64,000 nucleotides of DNA from Escherichia coli 042 (GTDB taxonomy: Bacteria > Pseudomonadota > Gammaproteobacteria > Enterobacterales > Enterobacteriaceae), in NCBI RefSeq assembly GCF_000027125.1, contig NC_017626.1; one strand, written 5' to 3'. Positions 11,887-22,244 of the stretch are shown one piece after another (position 1 is the stretch's first letter; the number at the start of each line of letters is the position of its first letter). The notes beneath the pieces were generated by a model that was not told the origin of the DNA, did no database searches, and was given only the letters and a program-made list of their open reading frames with translations. The position numbers and the translations under genes are program-made.

Positions 11887-12887
11887 ATGCTGTAACTGAA
11901 GGAAGAAAAGTCCTCCTTGAAATCGCCGATCTGAAAGTGCACTTTGAAATCAAAGATGGCAAACAGTGGTTCTGGCAACCGCCGAAAACGCTCAAAGCCG
12001 TCGATGGTGTCACTCTTCGCCTGTATGAAGGGGAAACATTAGGTGTGGTAGGGGAATCGGGATGCGGTAAGTCCACCTTTGCTCGCGCCATCATCGGTTT
12101 GGTCAAGGCGACCGACGGTCATGTTGCCTGGTTAGGTAAAGAGTTGCTGGGCATGAAGCCCGATGAATGGCGTGCCGTTCGCAGTGATATTCAGATGATT
12201 TTCCAGGATCCGTTGGCATCGCTAAACCCGCGTATGACCATCGGCGAGATTATCGCTGAACCGATGCGTACCTATCATCCGAAAATGTCACGCCAGGAAG
12301 TTCGCGAGCGCGTGAAGGCGATGATGCTGAAAGTCGGGTTATTGCCTAACCTGATTAACCGCTATCCGCATGAGTTCTCCGGTGGGCAGTGCCAGCGTAT
12401 CGGGATTGCTCGTGCACTTATTCTTGAACCGAAGCTGATTATCTGTGATGAGCCGGTGTCGGCGCTGGACGTGTCAATTCAGGCGCAGGTGGTCAACCTG
12501 CTCCAGCAGCTGCAACGTGAGATGGGATTGTCATTAATTTTTATCGCTCACGACCTGGCCGTGGTAAAACACATTTCCGATCGTGTGTTAGTGATGTATC
12601 TCGGCCATGCGGTAGAACTGGGGACCTATGATGAGGTCTATCACAATCCGCTACATCCTTACACCAGGGCATTGATGTCGGCAGTCCCCATACCTGATCC
12701 GGATCTGGAGAAGAACAAAACCATCCAGTTACTGGAAGGGGAATTACCGTCGCCGATCAACCCGCCTTCCGGTTGTGTTTTCCGTACCCGTTGCCCGATT
12801 GCCGGTCCGGAGTGTGCCAAAACACGTCCTGTGCTGGAGGGGAGTTTCAGACACGCCGTTTCTTGCCTGAAAGTCGATCCGCTTTAA
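11883..12887 (+). CDS. oppF: oligopeptide ABC ATPase OppF
   Basis: Walker A GESGCGKST, ABC signature; 4-nt overlap with oppD. Confidence 0.95.
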   Translation: MNAVTEGRKVLLEIADLKVHFEIKDGKQWFWQPPKTLKAVDGVTLRLYEGETLGVVGESGCGKSTFARAIIGLVKATDGHVAWLGKELLGMKPDEWRAVRSDIQMIFQDPLASLNPRMTIGEIIAEPMRTYHPKMSRQEVRERVKAMMLKVGLLPNLINRYPHEFSGGQCQRIGIARALILEPKLIICDEPVSALDVSIQAQVVNLLQQLQREMGLSLIFIAHDLAVVKHISDRVLVMYLGHAVELGTYDEVYHNPLHPYTRALMSAVPIPDPDLEKNKTIQLLEGELPSPINPPSGCVFRTRCPIAGPECAKTRPVLEGSFRHAVSCLKVDPL

Positions 12888-12904
12888 ACACAATAAGGGC
12901 TGAC

Positions 12905-12932
12905 AGTTGTCAGCCCTTTTTCACGCCGAAAG
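12905..12932 (+). terminator. intrinsic terminator of opp operon
   Basis: hairpin gggctgaca gtt gtcagccc followed by T-run. Confidence 0.65.
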
Positions 12933-12939
12933 TGATTAT

Positions 12940-14764
<1,825 letters not shown>

Positions 14765-14906
14765 AGATTAGAAATCCTTTTGAAAGCGCATTGTTATGAG
14801 TTTACGCATATGGATTCATCTGGCAAATAAAAACGCGGGAAAAGCACTGGTCAGCGTCGGGGGCGGGGGTATAATGACCATTCTGTTATTGCATAGAGTA
14901 GTTAAC

Positions 14907-15080
14907 ATGAAGCGGAGTAGAACGGAAGTGGGGCGCTGGCGTATGCAGCGTCAGGCTAGCCGACGTAAATCGCGTTGGCTTGAGGGGCAGTCGCGCCGAA
15001 ATATGCGTATCCACAGCATCAGGAAGTGCATTCTAAACAAACAGCGTAACTCGTTATTGTTTGCGATCTACAATATCTAA
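14907..15080 (+). CDS. small basic protein, possibly YciY (57 aa)
   Basis: internal ATG of ORF 14796..15080; arginine-rich small ORF in the cls-kch intergenic position. Confidence 0.4.
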   Translation: MKRSRTEVGRWRMQRQASRRKSRWLEGQSRRNMRIHSIRKCILNKQRNSLLFAIYNI

Positions 15081-15134
15081 ATGTACTGGGCACCATTGCG
15101 GTGCCCAATAAGTTTACTCTTCCGTCTTTAAACT

Positions 15135-16388
15135 CTATTTTTGCGCCGATTCTTTATTGTCAGCTTTCGTTTCTTGTTCATCGTTATCGCTGAAAATACC
15201 ATGACCTGAGTTCAACAACATTGAAACGAGCATATCATTATTAATCTCTTCACCATTTAAAACTCGCGCCAGAATTTCGCTGCCAAACAGTTGCGGTGAG
15301 AGAATGATATCCGGATGTACCATCTTAATCTTATTCAGGTTTTTGCTATCACTGACGGCGAGAACTGTTTTGACATCACTGCTCATATCTTTTGCCGATA
15401 GTACAACAAACGCGTTATCAGCATCGTTATCACTCAGCGCCAGAATGGCCCGGCATCGATCGATTCCTGCTTTCTTTAATACTGAACTGTCATTACTGTC
15501 ACCGGGGATAACATCAGCGTTATCACCTAAGCGTTGCTCAAGTTGCTTGATATCATCTTCAGGCAAGTTGCTGATAACCGTTACATTTTGTCCGCGTTGA
15601 TTCAGTTGCAGAATCGTATTGATGGCGAGAATCGAATGCCCGCAAACAATAAAATGATCTTTACGATGCATTGTATGATTGTTTCCTTTTACAAGTTTGT
15701 TGAATCCCCCGCGGATAAGCGGACCAAAAATTGAAGTCATGGAGGTGGCAAAAACGGTAATGCCGGAAATAATGACCGAAATAGTGAACAATCGTGCTGA
15801 TTCAGAAACAGGGACAATATCGCCATAGCCGACGGTTGACATGGTTTCTATCGAAAAATAGAACGCGGTCATCAAACTTTCTATTCGCGGATTAAAACCT
15901 TCGCTTAAATAAAGCGCACCGTAGGTGGAGTAAAACAGTAACGTCGTGAAACTAATAAATGCGAAAATTGTCCCGGCTGCGGCGCTACTGTGGGAGAAGT
16001 CTTTGCGCAGTATCAGCAAAAACACCAGCGTAAAAATGCAAAATCCAATACTAAATTTCAGCCAGGGATAAAAATGCAGGGTGTAAATTAGCGCTATCAA
16101 CAACAAAATGATACTGATTGCCCATGCGAGCTTTGCCCGGAACAGTAAGCCAATGGAGTTCAGGACAAGAAAGACGCCGAGCATAAAGAGTGGGGCGTTT
16201 GCCAGCAAGGAGAGATCTAACTCTGAAAAGGCTTTGATATGGAAAATATCAAGCAAATTGACCGACATACCATAGATTGTTTTAAAAATAAGCAATCCAT
16301 TTAAAAAGACGGCCAGCGCGAGAATGTCGTGCCGTAGGGTCACCCATAAATTTGTTGCTGTTTGTTTGAATGTAGCCCAGTGACTCAC
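15135..16388 (-). CDS. kch: voltage-gated potassium channel Kch (417 aa, GTG start; listed ORF extends 6 codons further 5')
   Basis: TM region with selectivity filter TVGYGD, C-terminal RCK/TrkA domain. Confidence 0.9.
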   Translation of the reverse strand: MSHWATFKQTATNLWVTLRHDILALAVFLNGLLIFKTIYGMSVNLLDIFHIKAFSELDLSLLANAPLFMLGVFLVLNSIGLLFRAKLAWAISIILLLIALIYTLHFYPWLKFSIGFCIFTLVFLLILRKDFSHSSAAAGTIFAFISFTTLLFYSTYGALYLSEGFNPRIESLMTAFYFSIETMSTVGYGDIVPVSESARLFTISVIISGITVFATSMTSIFGPLIRGGFNKLVKGNNHTMHRKDHFIVCGHSILAINTILQLNQRGQNVTVISNLPEDDIKQLEQRLGDNADVIPGDSNDSSVLKKAGIDRCRAILALSDNDADNAFVVLSAKDMSSDVKTVLAVSDSKNLNKIKMVHPDIILSPQLFGSEILARVLNGEEINNDMLVSMLLNSGHGIFSDNDEQETKADNKESAQK

Positions 16389-16688
16389 TGATACCTCTGT
16401 AACCACAATTTTGTTTAATTATCGTAACGTGCACATTTTCTGAACATACATGCAGCACGTGAATGTGTTAAACAATAGTAGATGACTTCATCCGCAGTAA
16501 TCAAAGGTTTTGAGTGAGCAACTCTGCGTCAGGAAAGGGCATTTTTCCTGAATATGCTCGCATCATATAAAGAAATACAGATAAAGTTATTATCTGCTTG
16601 TGGGGTTGAATGCACTGACCGACCTATAAGGAAAGGCCAAACAAGAACACGGTTGCAAAAACCGTGCCCTTAAATATTGAATCTCTAT

Positions 16689-16985
16689 TCAGAACACTTT
16701 CTTAAATGGTTTCACTGAAACGTGTTCATAGACACCTGCCGCTACGTACGGGTCAGCATCGGCCCAGGCCTGAGCTGCTTCCAGCGATTCAAATTCAGCA
16801 ATAACGGTTGAGCCAGTAAATCCCGCAGCCCCTGGATCGTTACTGTCTACTGCTGGCATTGGACCAGCTGTCAACAAACGACCTTCATCATGCAGTAACT
16901 GTAAACGTGCTAAATGTGCCGGACGAACGGAAAGGCGTTTTTCGAGGCTATCAGCTTTGTCTTGAGCGTAAATAACATACAACAC
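16689..16985 (-). CDS. yciI: YciI-like protein (98 aa, GTG start preceded by AAGGAG)
   Basis: ORF 16689..17048 trimmed to GTG at 16985 with strong Shine-Dalgarno; length fits 98 aa. Confidence 0.8.
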
Positions 16986-17137
16986 GGGCACAACTCCTTG
17001 TTCGGGAAAGTTGTAAAGTACGTTATTTGAAAGGGCGAAGATCTGCAACGGAAAGATGATGTCTTTGTTAAGACCATTTAAAAAGTAAGGTCAATTACGC
17101 CAAAAATGACATTTTCACTGATCCTGATCGTCTTGCC

Positions 17138-17170
17138 TTATTGAATATGATTGCTATTTGCATTTAAAAT
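17138..17170 (+). promoter_or_regulatory. tonB promoter region with Fur-box-like AT-rich dyad
   Basis: ttgaatatgattgctatttgcatttaaaat resembles Fur box (GATAATGATAATCATTATC-like) about 40-70 nt upstream of tonB start. Confidence 0.5.
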
Positions 17171-17208
17171 CGGGGCCTGGTTTTTCTACTGAAATGATTA
17201 TGACTTCA

Positions 17209-17928
17209 ATGACCCTTGATTTACCTCGCCGCTTCCCCTGGCCGACGTTACTTTCGGTCTGCATTCATGGTGCTGTTGTGGCGGGTCTGCTCTATACCTC
17301 GGTACATCAGGTTATTGAACTACCTGCGCCTGCGCAGCCAATTTCTGTCACGATGGTTGCGCCTGCGGATCTCGAACCGCCACAAGCCGTTCAGCCACCA
17401 CCGGAGCCGGTGGTAGAGGCAGAACCGGAACCTGAGCCGATCCCCGAACCGCCAAAAGAAGCACCGGTGGTCATTGAAAAGCCGAAGCCGAAACCTAAGC
17501 CAAAACCGAAGCCGGTGAAAAAGGTACAGGAGCAGCCAAAACGCGATGTCAAACCCGTAGAGTCGCGTCCGGCATCACCGTTTGAAAATACGGCACCCGC
17601 GCGCCCGACATCAAGTACGGCAACGGCTGCAACCAGCAAGCCGGTTACCAGTGTGGCTTCAGGACCACGCGCATTAAGCCGCAATCAGCCGCAGTATCCG
17701 GCACGAGCACAGGCATTGCGCATTGAAGGGCAGGTTAAAGTTAAATTTGATGTCACGCCGGATGGTCACGTGGATAACGTGCAAATCCTCTCAGCCAAGC
17801 CTGCGAACATGTTTGAGCGTGAGGTGAAAAATGCGATGCGCAGATGGCGTTATGAGCCGGGTAAGCCAGGCAGTGGGATTGTGGTGAATATCCTGTTTAA
17901 AATTAACGGCACCACCGAAATTCAGTAA
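17209..17928 (+). CDS. tonB: TonB energy transducer (239 aa; start at internal ATG of listed ORF)
   Basis: [17 protein letters not shown]..., Pro-rich EP/KP repeats, C-terminal TonB domain. Confidence 0.95.
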   Translation: MTLDLPRRFPWPTLLSVCIHGAVVAGLLYTSVHQVIELPAPAQPISVTMVAPADLEPPQAVQPPPEPVVEAEPEPEPIPEPPKEAPVVIEKPKPKPKPKPKPVKKVQEQPKRDVKPVESRPASPFENTAPARPTSSTATAATSKPVTSVASGPRALSRNQPQYPARAQALRIEGQVKVKFDVTPDGHVDNVQILSAKPANMFEREVKNAMRRWRYEPGKPGSGIVVNILFKINGTTEIQ

Positions 17929-17935
17929 GCAGAAA

Positions 17936-17964
17936 GTCAAAAGCCTCCGACCGGAGGCTTTTGA
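17936..17964. terminator. bidirectional intrinsic terminator between tonB and yciA
   Basis: perfect hairpin aagcctccg a ccggaggctt flanked by A-run and T-run. Confidence 0.8.
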
Positions 17965-17967
17965 TTA

Positions 17968-18366
17968 TTACTCAACAGGTAAGGCGCGAGGTTTTCCTTC
18001 AGGATCAACCGCGACATACTTAAATAATGCTTCTGTCGCTTTATAGCGTTGCCCGATGGGTTCAGACGCGACTTTTTTCACCCACACTTCAATATTAATG
18101 CTGACCGATGTCGTCCCTTTCTGGACACAGCGTGCATAGCAGCACACTACATCGCCGACCGCAACCGGTCGTAAGAAAGTCATTCCTTCAACCCGCACGG
18201 TCACTACGCGACCGTGGGCAATTTCTTTCGCCAGAATAGCGCCGCCAATATCCATTTGTGACATTAACCAACCACCAAAGATGTCACCATTGGCATTGGT
18301 ATCGGCGGGCATGGCTAAAGTACGTAAAACAAGATCGCCCTGAGGGACGTTATGTGTTGTAGACAT
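17968..18366 (-). CDS. yciA: acyl-CoA thioesterase YciA (132 aa)
   Basis: hot-dog fold thioesterase-like ORF in conserved position. Confidence 0.93.
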   Translation of the reverse strand: MSTTHNVPQGDLVLRTLAMPADTNANGDIFGGWLMSQMDIGGAILAKEIAHGRVVTVRVEGMTFLRPVAVGDVVCCYARCVQKGTTSVSINIEVWVKKVASEPIGQRYKATEALFKYVAVDPEGKPRALPVE

Positions 18367-18470
18367 GGTAAAACCGACTTAAAAGGAAAATCACAGGCGC
18401 GATGCTACTATGATTTTCCTGAGGAGAACAGAGGAGATACAGTGCCAGCCCCGAAGGACTGGCAGTCTGG

Positions 18471-19010
18471 TTAGGATTTATCTTCCTGCGGCATGTGGCG
18501 GTAGATATAGATACCGCTTAACAATGTGAAGATTAAGGTAAGAGCGGTCAGGCCAAACACTTTAAAGTTGACCCAAATATTTTGCGGCAGCCAGAATGCG
18601 ATGTAGATGTTTGCCAGACCGCAAAGGATAAAGAAAACAGCCCAGGCCAGATTCAGCTTCGACCATACCGGTTGCGGCAGCGTGAGTTCTTTACCCAGCA
18701 TCCGCTGAATTAGCGGCTTTTTCATCACCCATTGGCTGACTAACAGGGCACCTGCAAACAGGGCATAAATGACAGTAACCTTCCATTTAATAAACTCATC
18801 ATTGTGGAAGAACAGCGTCAAGCCACCGAAGACGACCACCAGAACAAAAGTGATCAGGGCCATCTTCTCAACCTTACGAAAGCGAACCCAGCTATATATA
18901 AGCACAATCGCCGTGGCGACGATCAGCGCCGCAGTAGCCGCATAGATGTCATAAATCTTGTAAAACGCGAAAAAGACAACCAGCGGTAAAAAATCAAGAA
19001 ACTGCTTCAT
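18471..19010 (-). CDS. yciB: inner membrane protein YciB (intracellular septation protein A family, 179 aa)
   Basis: hydrophobic 179-aa ORF, conserved position. Confidence 0.93.
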   Translation of the reverse strand: MKQFLDFLPLVVFFAFYKIYDIYAATAALIVATAIVLIYSWVRFRKVEKMALITFVLVVVFGGLTLFFHNDEFIKWKVTVIYALFAGALLVSQWVMKKPLIQRMLGKELTLPQPVWSKLNLAWAVFFILCGLANIYIAFWLPQNIWVNFKVFGLTALTLIFTLLSGIYIYRHMPQEDKS

Positions 19011-19039
19011 TTTACGATTCCGTAATCAAATGCTTAAGG

Positions 19040-19783
19040 TTATTGGCGAATCAACATATACAGGCGGAACAGATAGATGAGCAGTACGGCTGAAATCAGG
19101 TTGCTCAAGGTGTTCGCCAGTACGGCACCAATTTCCGGGGTTAATGCGGCAAAAGAAGAGGCAAAAAGCAGCAACAGTGTCTTTGCCAGCAACCAGCTCA
19201 GTACTGCGGGTGCCACCAGACGCATATTCGCCCAAGTCAGCCGCATACTGCTACGCATCGAGGCAAAAACGCCCATTTTGTCCTGTACCAACATCACCGG
19301 TGCCAGAGCCAGTAAAATGGCCATGATAATTCCCGGAACGACCACCAGCATGATGCCAATCTGTACTAAAAGGGTAGTCAGAAAAATCAGAATAAATAAC
19401 TTTGGCAATATCGGCGCACTGGCACCAATAGCTCGCAGCGCACTGACTCTCTGACCCGCAGACACCAGCTGGATAATTAATATTACGCCTCCGGCGAGAA
19501 TGGCGTTACCGATTAATCCTGAAAAAGTGGACGCCGCTGAAGCCTGCAGCAAAATTTGTTGCTGTTCCGGTGACATATTCTGAACCAGGTCGAACAACCC
19601 ACTACTGCCGCTAACGGGCACGCCGTCATTGAGCTGCGCAAGCTGTGCATCACTGGGTGAGAAAACATGCCCTAACACCACTGTGATAAACGCACATAGC
19701 AACGATACCAACAGAATGGTCATAAATTGATTACGGAAGAAATTTCCGGTGTCACGGTATACGGACTGCGCCGTGATAGACAT
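19040..19783 (-). CDS. yciC: inner membrane protein YciC (247 aa)
   Basis: multi-TM 247-aa ORF, conserved position. Confidence 0.9.
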   Translation of the reverse strand: MSITAQSVYRDTGNFFRNQFMTILLVSLLCAFITVVLGHVFSPSDAQLAQLNDGVPVSGSSGLFDLVQNMSPEQQQILLQASAASTFSGLIGNAILAGGVILIIQLVSAGQRVSALRAIGASAPILPKLFILIFLTTLLVQIGIMLVVVPGIIMAILLALAPVMLVQDKMGVFASMRSSMRLTWANMRLVAPAVLSWLLAKTLLLLFASSFAALTPEIGAVLANTLSNLISAVLLIYLFRLYMLIRQ

Positions 19784-20139
19784 GCACTCTCCTTGAGTTT
19801 TATGCAGGTGTTAATTAGCGGGCAATTGTACCCTGGTTAAGCCTCGGGTGGCAGCATCAGGTCTTGTATGGAAAAGCATATCTTTGTAAAGCGGAGGTAA
19901 TTGCTGGCCTTCAGGCGTGGGCAAACCGCGGCAAGTGGCGAACGAGTTAATATTTGCGTAGCGAAAATATTTAAAAATTGATTTAAATCACGTTAACCAG
20001 GATTCTCAATGCAACTTCTAAATTAATCCAGATCAATAAAGGGTGAATTATCATATGTAATGTGATCTATGTAGGATCATTTGTTACTCCAATGTAGGTA
20101 TATTCGTCACGTTTTTATAACCATAACGACGGAGCGGAT

Positions 20140-20778
20140 ATGAAAAAGTTAACAGTGGCGGCTTTGGCAGTAACAACTCTTCTCTCTGGCAGTGCCTTTG
20201 CGCATGAAGCAGGCGAATTTTTTATGCGTGCAGGTTCTGCAACCGTACGTCCAACAGAAGGTGCTGGTGGTACGTTAGGAAGTCTGGGTGGATTCAGCGT
20301 GACCAATAACACGCAACTGGGCCTGACGTTTACTTATATGGCGACCGATAACATTGGTGTGGAATTGCTGGCAGCGACGCCGTTCCGCCATAAGATCGGC
20401 ACCCGGGCGACCGGCGATATTGCAACCGTTCATCATCTGCCGCCAACACTGATGGCGCAGTGGTATTTTGGTGATGCCAGCAGCAAATTCCGTCCTTACG
20501 TTGGGGCAGGTATTAACTACACCACCTTCTTTGATAATGGATTTAACGATCATGGCAAAGAGGCGGGGCTTTCCGATCTCAGTCTGAAAGATTCCTGGGG
20601 AGCTGCCGGGCAGGTGGGGGTTGATTATCTGATTAACCGTGACTGGTTGGTTAACATGTCAGTGTGGTACATGGATATCGATACCACGGCTAAGTACAAA
20701 TCTGGTGTTACTACCGTAAAAGACTCGGTACGACTGGATCCGTGGGTGTTTATGTTCTCCGCAGGATATCGTTTTTAA
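20140..20778 (+). CDS. ompW: outer membrane protein OmpW (212 aa)
   Basis: signal peptide MKKLTVAALAVTTLLSGSAFA, beta-barrel ending in ...GYRF. Confidence 0.95.
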   Translation: MKKLTVAALAVTTLLSGSAFAHEAGEFFMRAGSATVRPTEGAGGTLGSLGGFSVTNNTQLGLTFTYMATDNIGVELLAATPFRHKIGTRATGDIATVHHLPPTLMAQWYFGDASSKFRPYVGAGINYTTFFDNGFNDHGKEAGLSDLSLKDSWGAAGQVGVDYLINRDWLVNMSVWYMDIDTTAKYKSGVTTVKDSVRLDPWVFMFSAGYRF

Positions 20779-20782
20779 TTTT

Positions 20783-20817
20783 CTCTGCAAAACCTCTGCA
20801 AAACCCCTCTGCAAAAC
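20783..20817. repeat. three tandem 11-bp direct repeats (ctctgcaaaac) at the prophage left junction (candidate attL / Int arm-site region)
   Basis: ctctgcaaaac x3 directly after ompW stop and directly before the int stop. Confidence 0.5.
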
Positions 20818-20842
20818 TGGTCATCAAATGACCAGTTTTTTC
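20817..20842 (+). terminator. ompW intrinsic terminator, overlapped by the int stop codon
   Basis: hairpin ctggtcat caaa tgaccag followed by tttttt. Confidence 0.7.
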
Positions 20843-21954
20843 CATTCCTTACCGCGTGCGTCGTTGTAAATATCGGTCATTTTTTGATTCGAATGGCCTA
20901 GCAAAATTTTGGTATCAACCCCCTGCTCTCTGAACAATCGCTCTGATAAAGATCTCTGCTCATGGAAAGAGGGAGGGGTGCCATTAGCACGCCAGTTGTA
21001 ATCCACAGAATCCCGGGCTTTTTTAAATGCAACGGTTAATGTTGCTGGCTTAACCATCCCGCCGCGCTTAGCTGTCCCTTTCGCGTGATGGTGGTGCAAT
21101 AGCCACGGACTAAGAACGCAATCGCGGCAGGATGACACCACATCATCCAGGGTGAGATTTAATTTATCGCAACGCAGAGCCAGAGGGATGGCAATCCGGG
21201 TTCCTGTTTTTTGCTGTTCGACATGAAGATAACCATCCCGGATATCCGAAAATTGCATTTTGCAAATATCTGAAAGGCGCTGGCCTGTCATCAGTGCCAG
21301 CAGCATACCGCGCTGTAAAAAGTAACCATCCTTTTCCGCTGCGTTATAAATCATCATCCACTCATCAAAAGTCAGTCGCTGTCTTGATATCCGCACCTGC
21401 GGTTTTTTTGCCGATTCTGCAGGGTTAAAGCCTGGCGGGACATCGCCCGTTTGCTGAGCTTCCCGGAAAACATCGATCAGTACTTTCCTGAAAATTTGTC
21501 CCATTCTGTTATGTCCTCTGGCCTTGTACTCTTCCAGTACTGATACCACATCTTTTACGGTTATGGCATCTAACGGTCTGGTGCCAAAACGTTCATCAAA
21601 TACCCTGAGAGGGGCCGCTTTCTGTTTCAGCGTGTTGAGTTTGATCTCGCCGTTTTCATATCTTTCCTGTTGAATTTTTCTGTAATTATTCAGAAAAATG
21701 GTAACGGTTGATGAACCGCCGGTATCACTAATAATTTTCTCCTGCAGACTGAGCATTTGTTCCATTTGCTGCCGGGCAAGACGGCTGTTCGCTTCTGCTG
21801 CAATAGTTTCTGCCAGTTTCTGGTCAATACTGCCGAGACCGTGATTTTTGCCTGTTATGGGATGCCTGTAACGCCAGTAAACTTTGTTATTTCTTTTGTC
21901 AAAATACGGAGATAATCCCGGAACATCGGTTTTATATTTTCGCGGGCGCGCCAT
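20824..21954 (-). CDS. int: phage tyrosine integrase (376 aa)
   Basis: C-terminal catalytic region with R...HxxR...Y pattern; adjacent to att junction and xis. Confidence 0.9.
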   Translation of the reverse strand: MARPRKYKTDVPGLSPYFDKRNNKVYWRYRHPITGKNHGLGSIDQKLAETIAAEANSRLARQQMEQMLSLQEKIISDTGGSSTVTIFLNNYRKIQQERYENGEIKLNTLKQKAAPLRVFDERFGTRPLDAITVKDVVSVLEEYKARGHNRMGQIFRKVLIDVFREAQQTGDVPPGFNPAESAKKPQVRISRQRLTFDEWMMIYNAAEKDGYFLQRGMLLALMTGQRLSDICKMQFSDIRDGYLHVEQQKTGTRIAIPLALRCDKLNLTLDDVVSSCRDCVLSPWLLHHHHAKGTAKRGGMVKPATLTVAFKKARDSVDYNWRANGTPPSFHEQRSLSERLFREQGVDTKILLGHSNQKMTDIYNDARGKEWKKLVI

Positions 21955-22180
21955 CTTCCAGTATCCTCTTCAAAGCAGGGTGATCTGTGGCGATCACCTC
22001 CGGCTTGTTTACCATTCCGACAAAGCGAGCTTGCGGATCCACTCGCCAGCGTCTCCCAACTTTTTTGGGGAGAGGAAATATCATTCCGGCTTTAGCGTAT
22101 TTACTTAACGTACTCGGAGTAGGGACCGGTTCACTGAATTCCTCTTTTGCCCACTCAGTGAGCAGAATAAGTCTTGCCAT
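21932..22180 (-). CDS. xis: excisionase-like DNA-binding protein (82 aa)
   Basis: small basic winged-helix-like ORF overlapping the int start. Confidence 0.7.
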   Translation of the reverse strand: MARLILLTEWAKEEFSEPVPTPSTLSKYAKAGMIFPLPKKVGRRWRVDPQARFVGMVNKPEVIATDHPALKRILEDGAPAKI

Positions 22181-22244
22181 GAGCGTCGTTCGCTAATCAT
22201 GGTCGCCGCCACTATAGCTGGTGGGCAACGACCGGGGTTGAACA

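Noticed and set aside
17391-17684. 97-aa minus-strand ORF inside tonB
   Set aside because: Antisense of the Pro-rich EP/KP repeat region of tonB; Gly-rich artefact.
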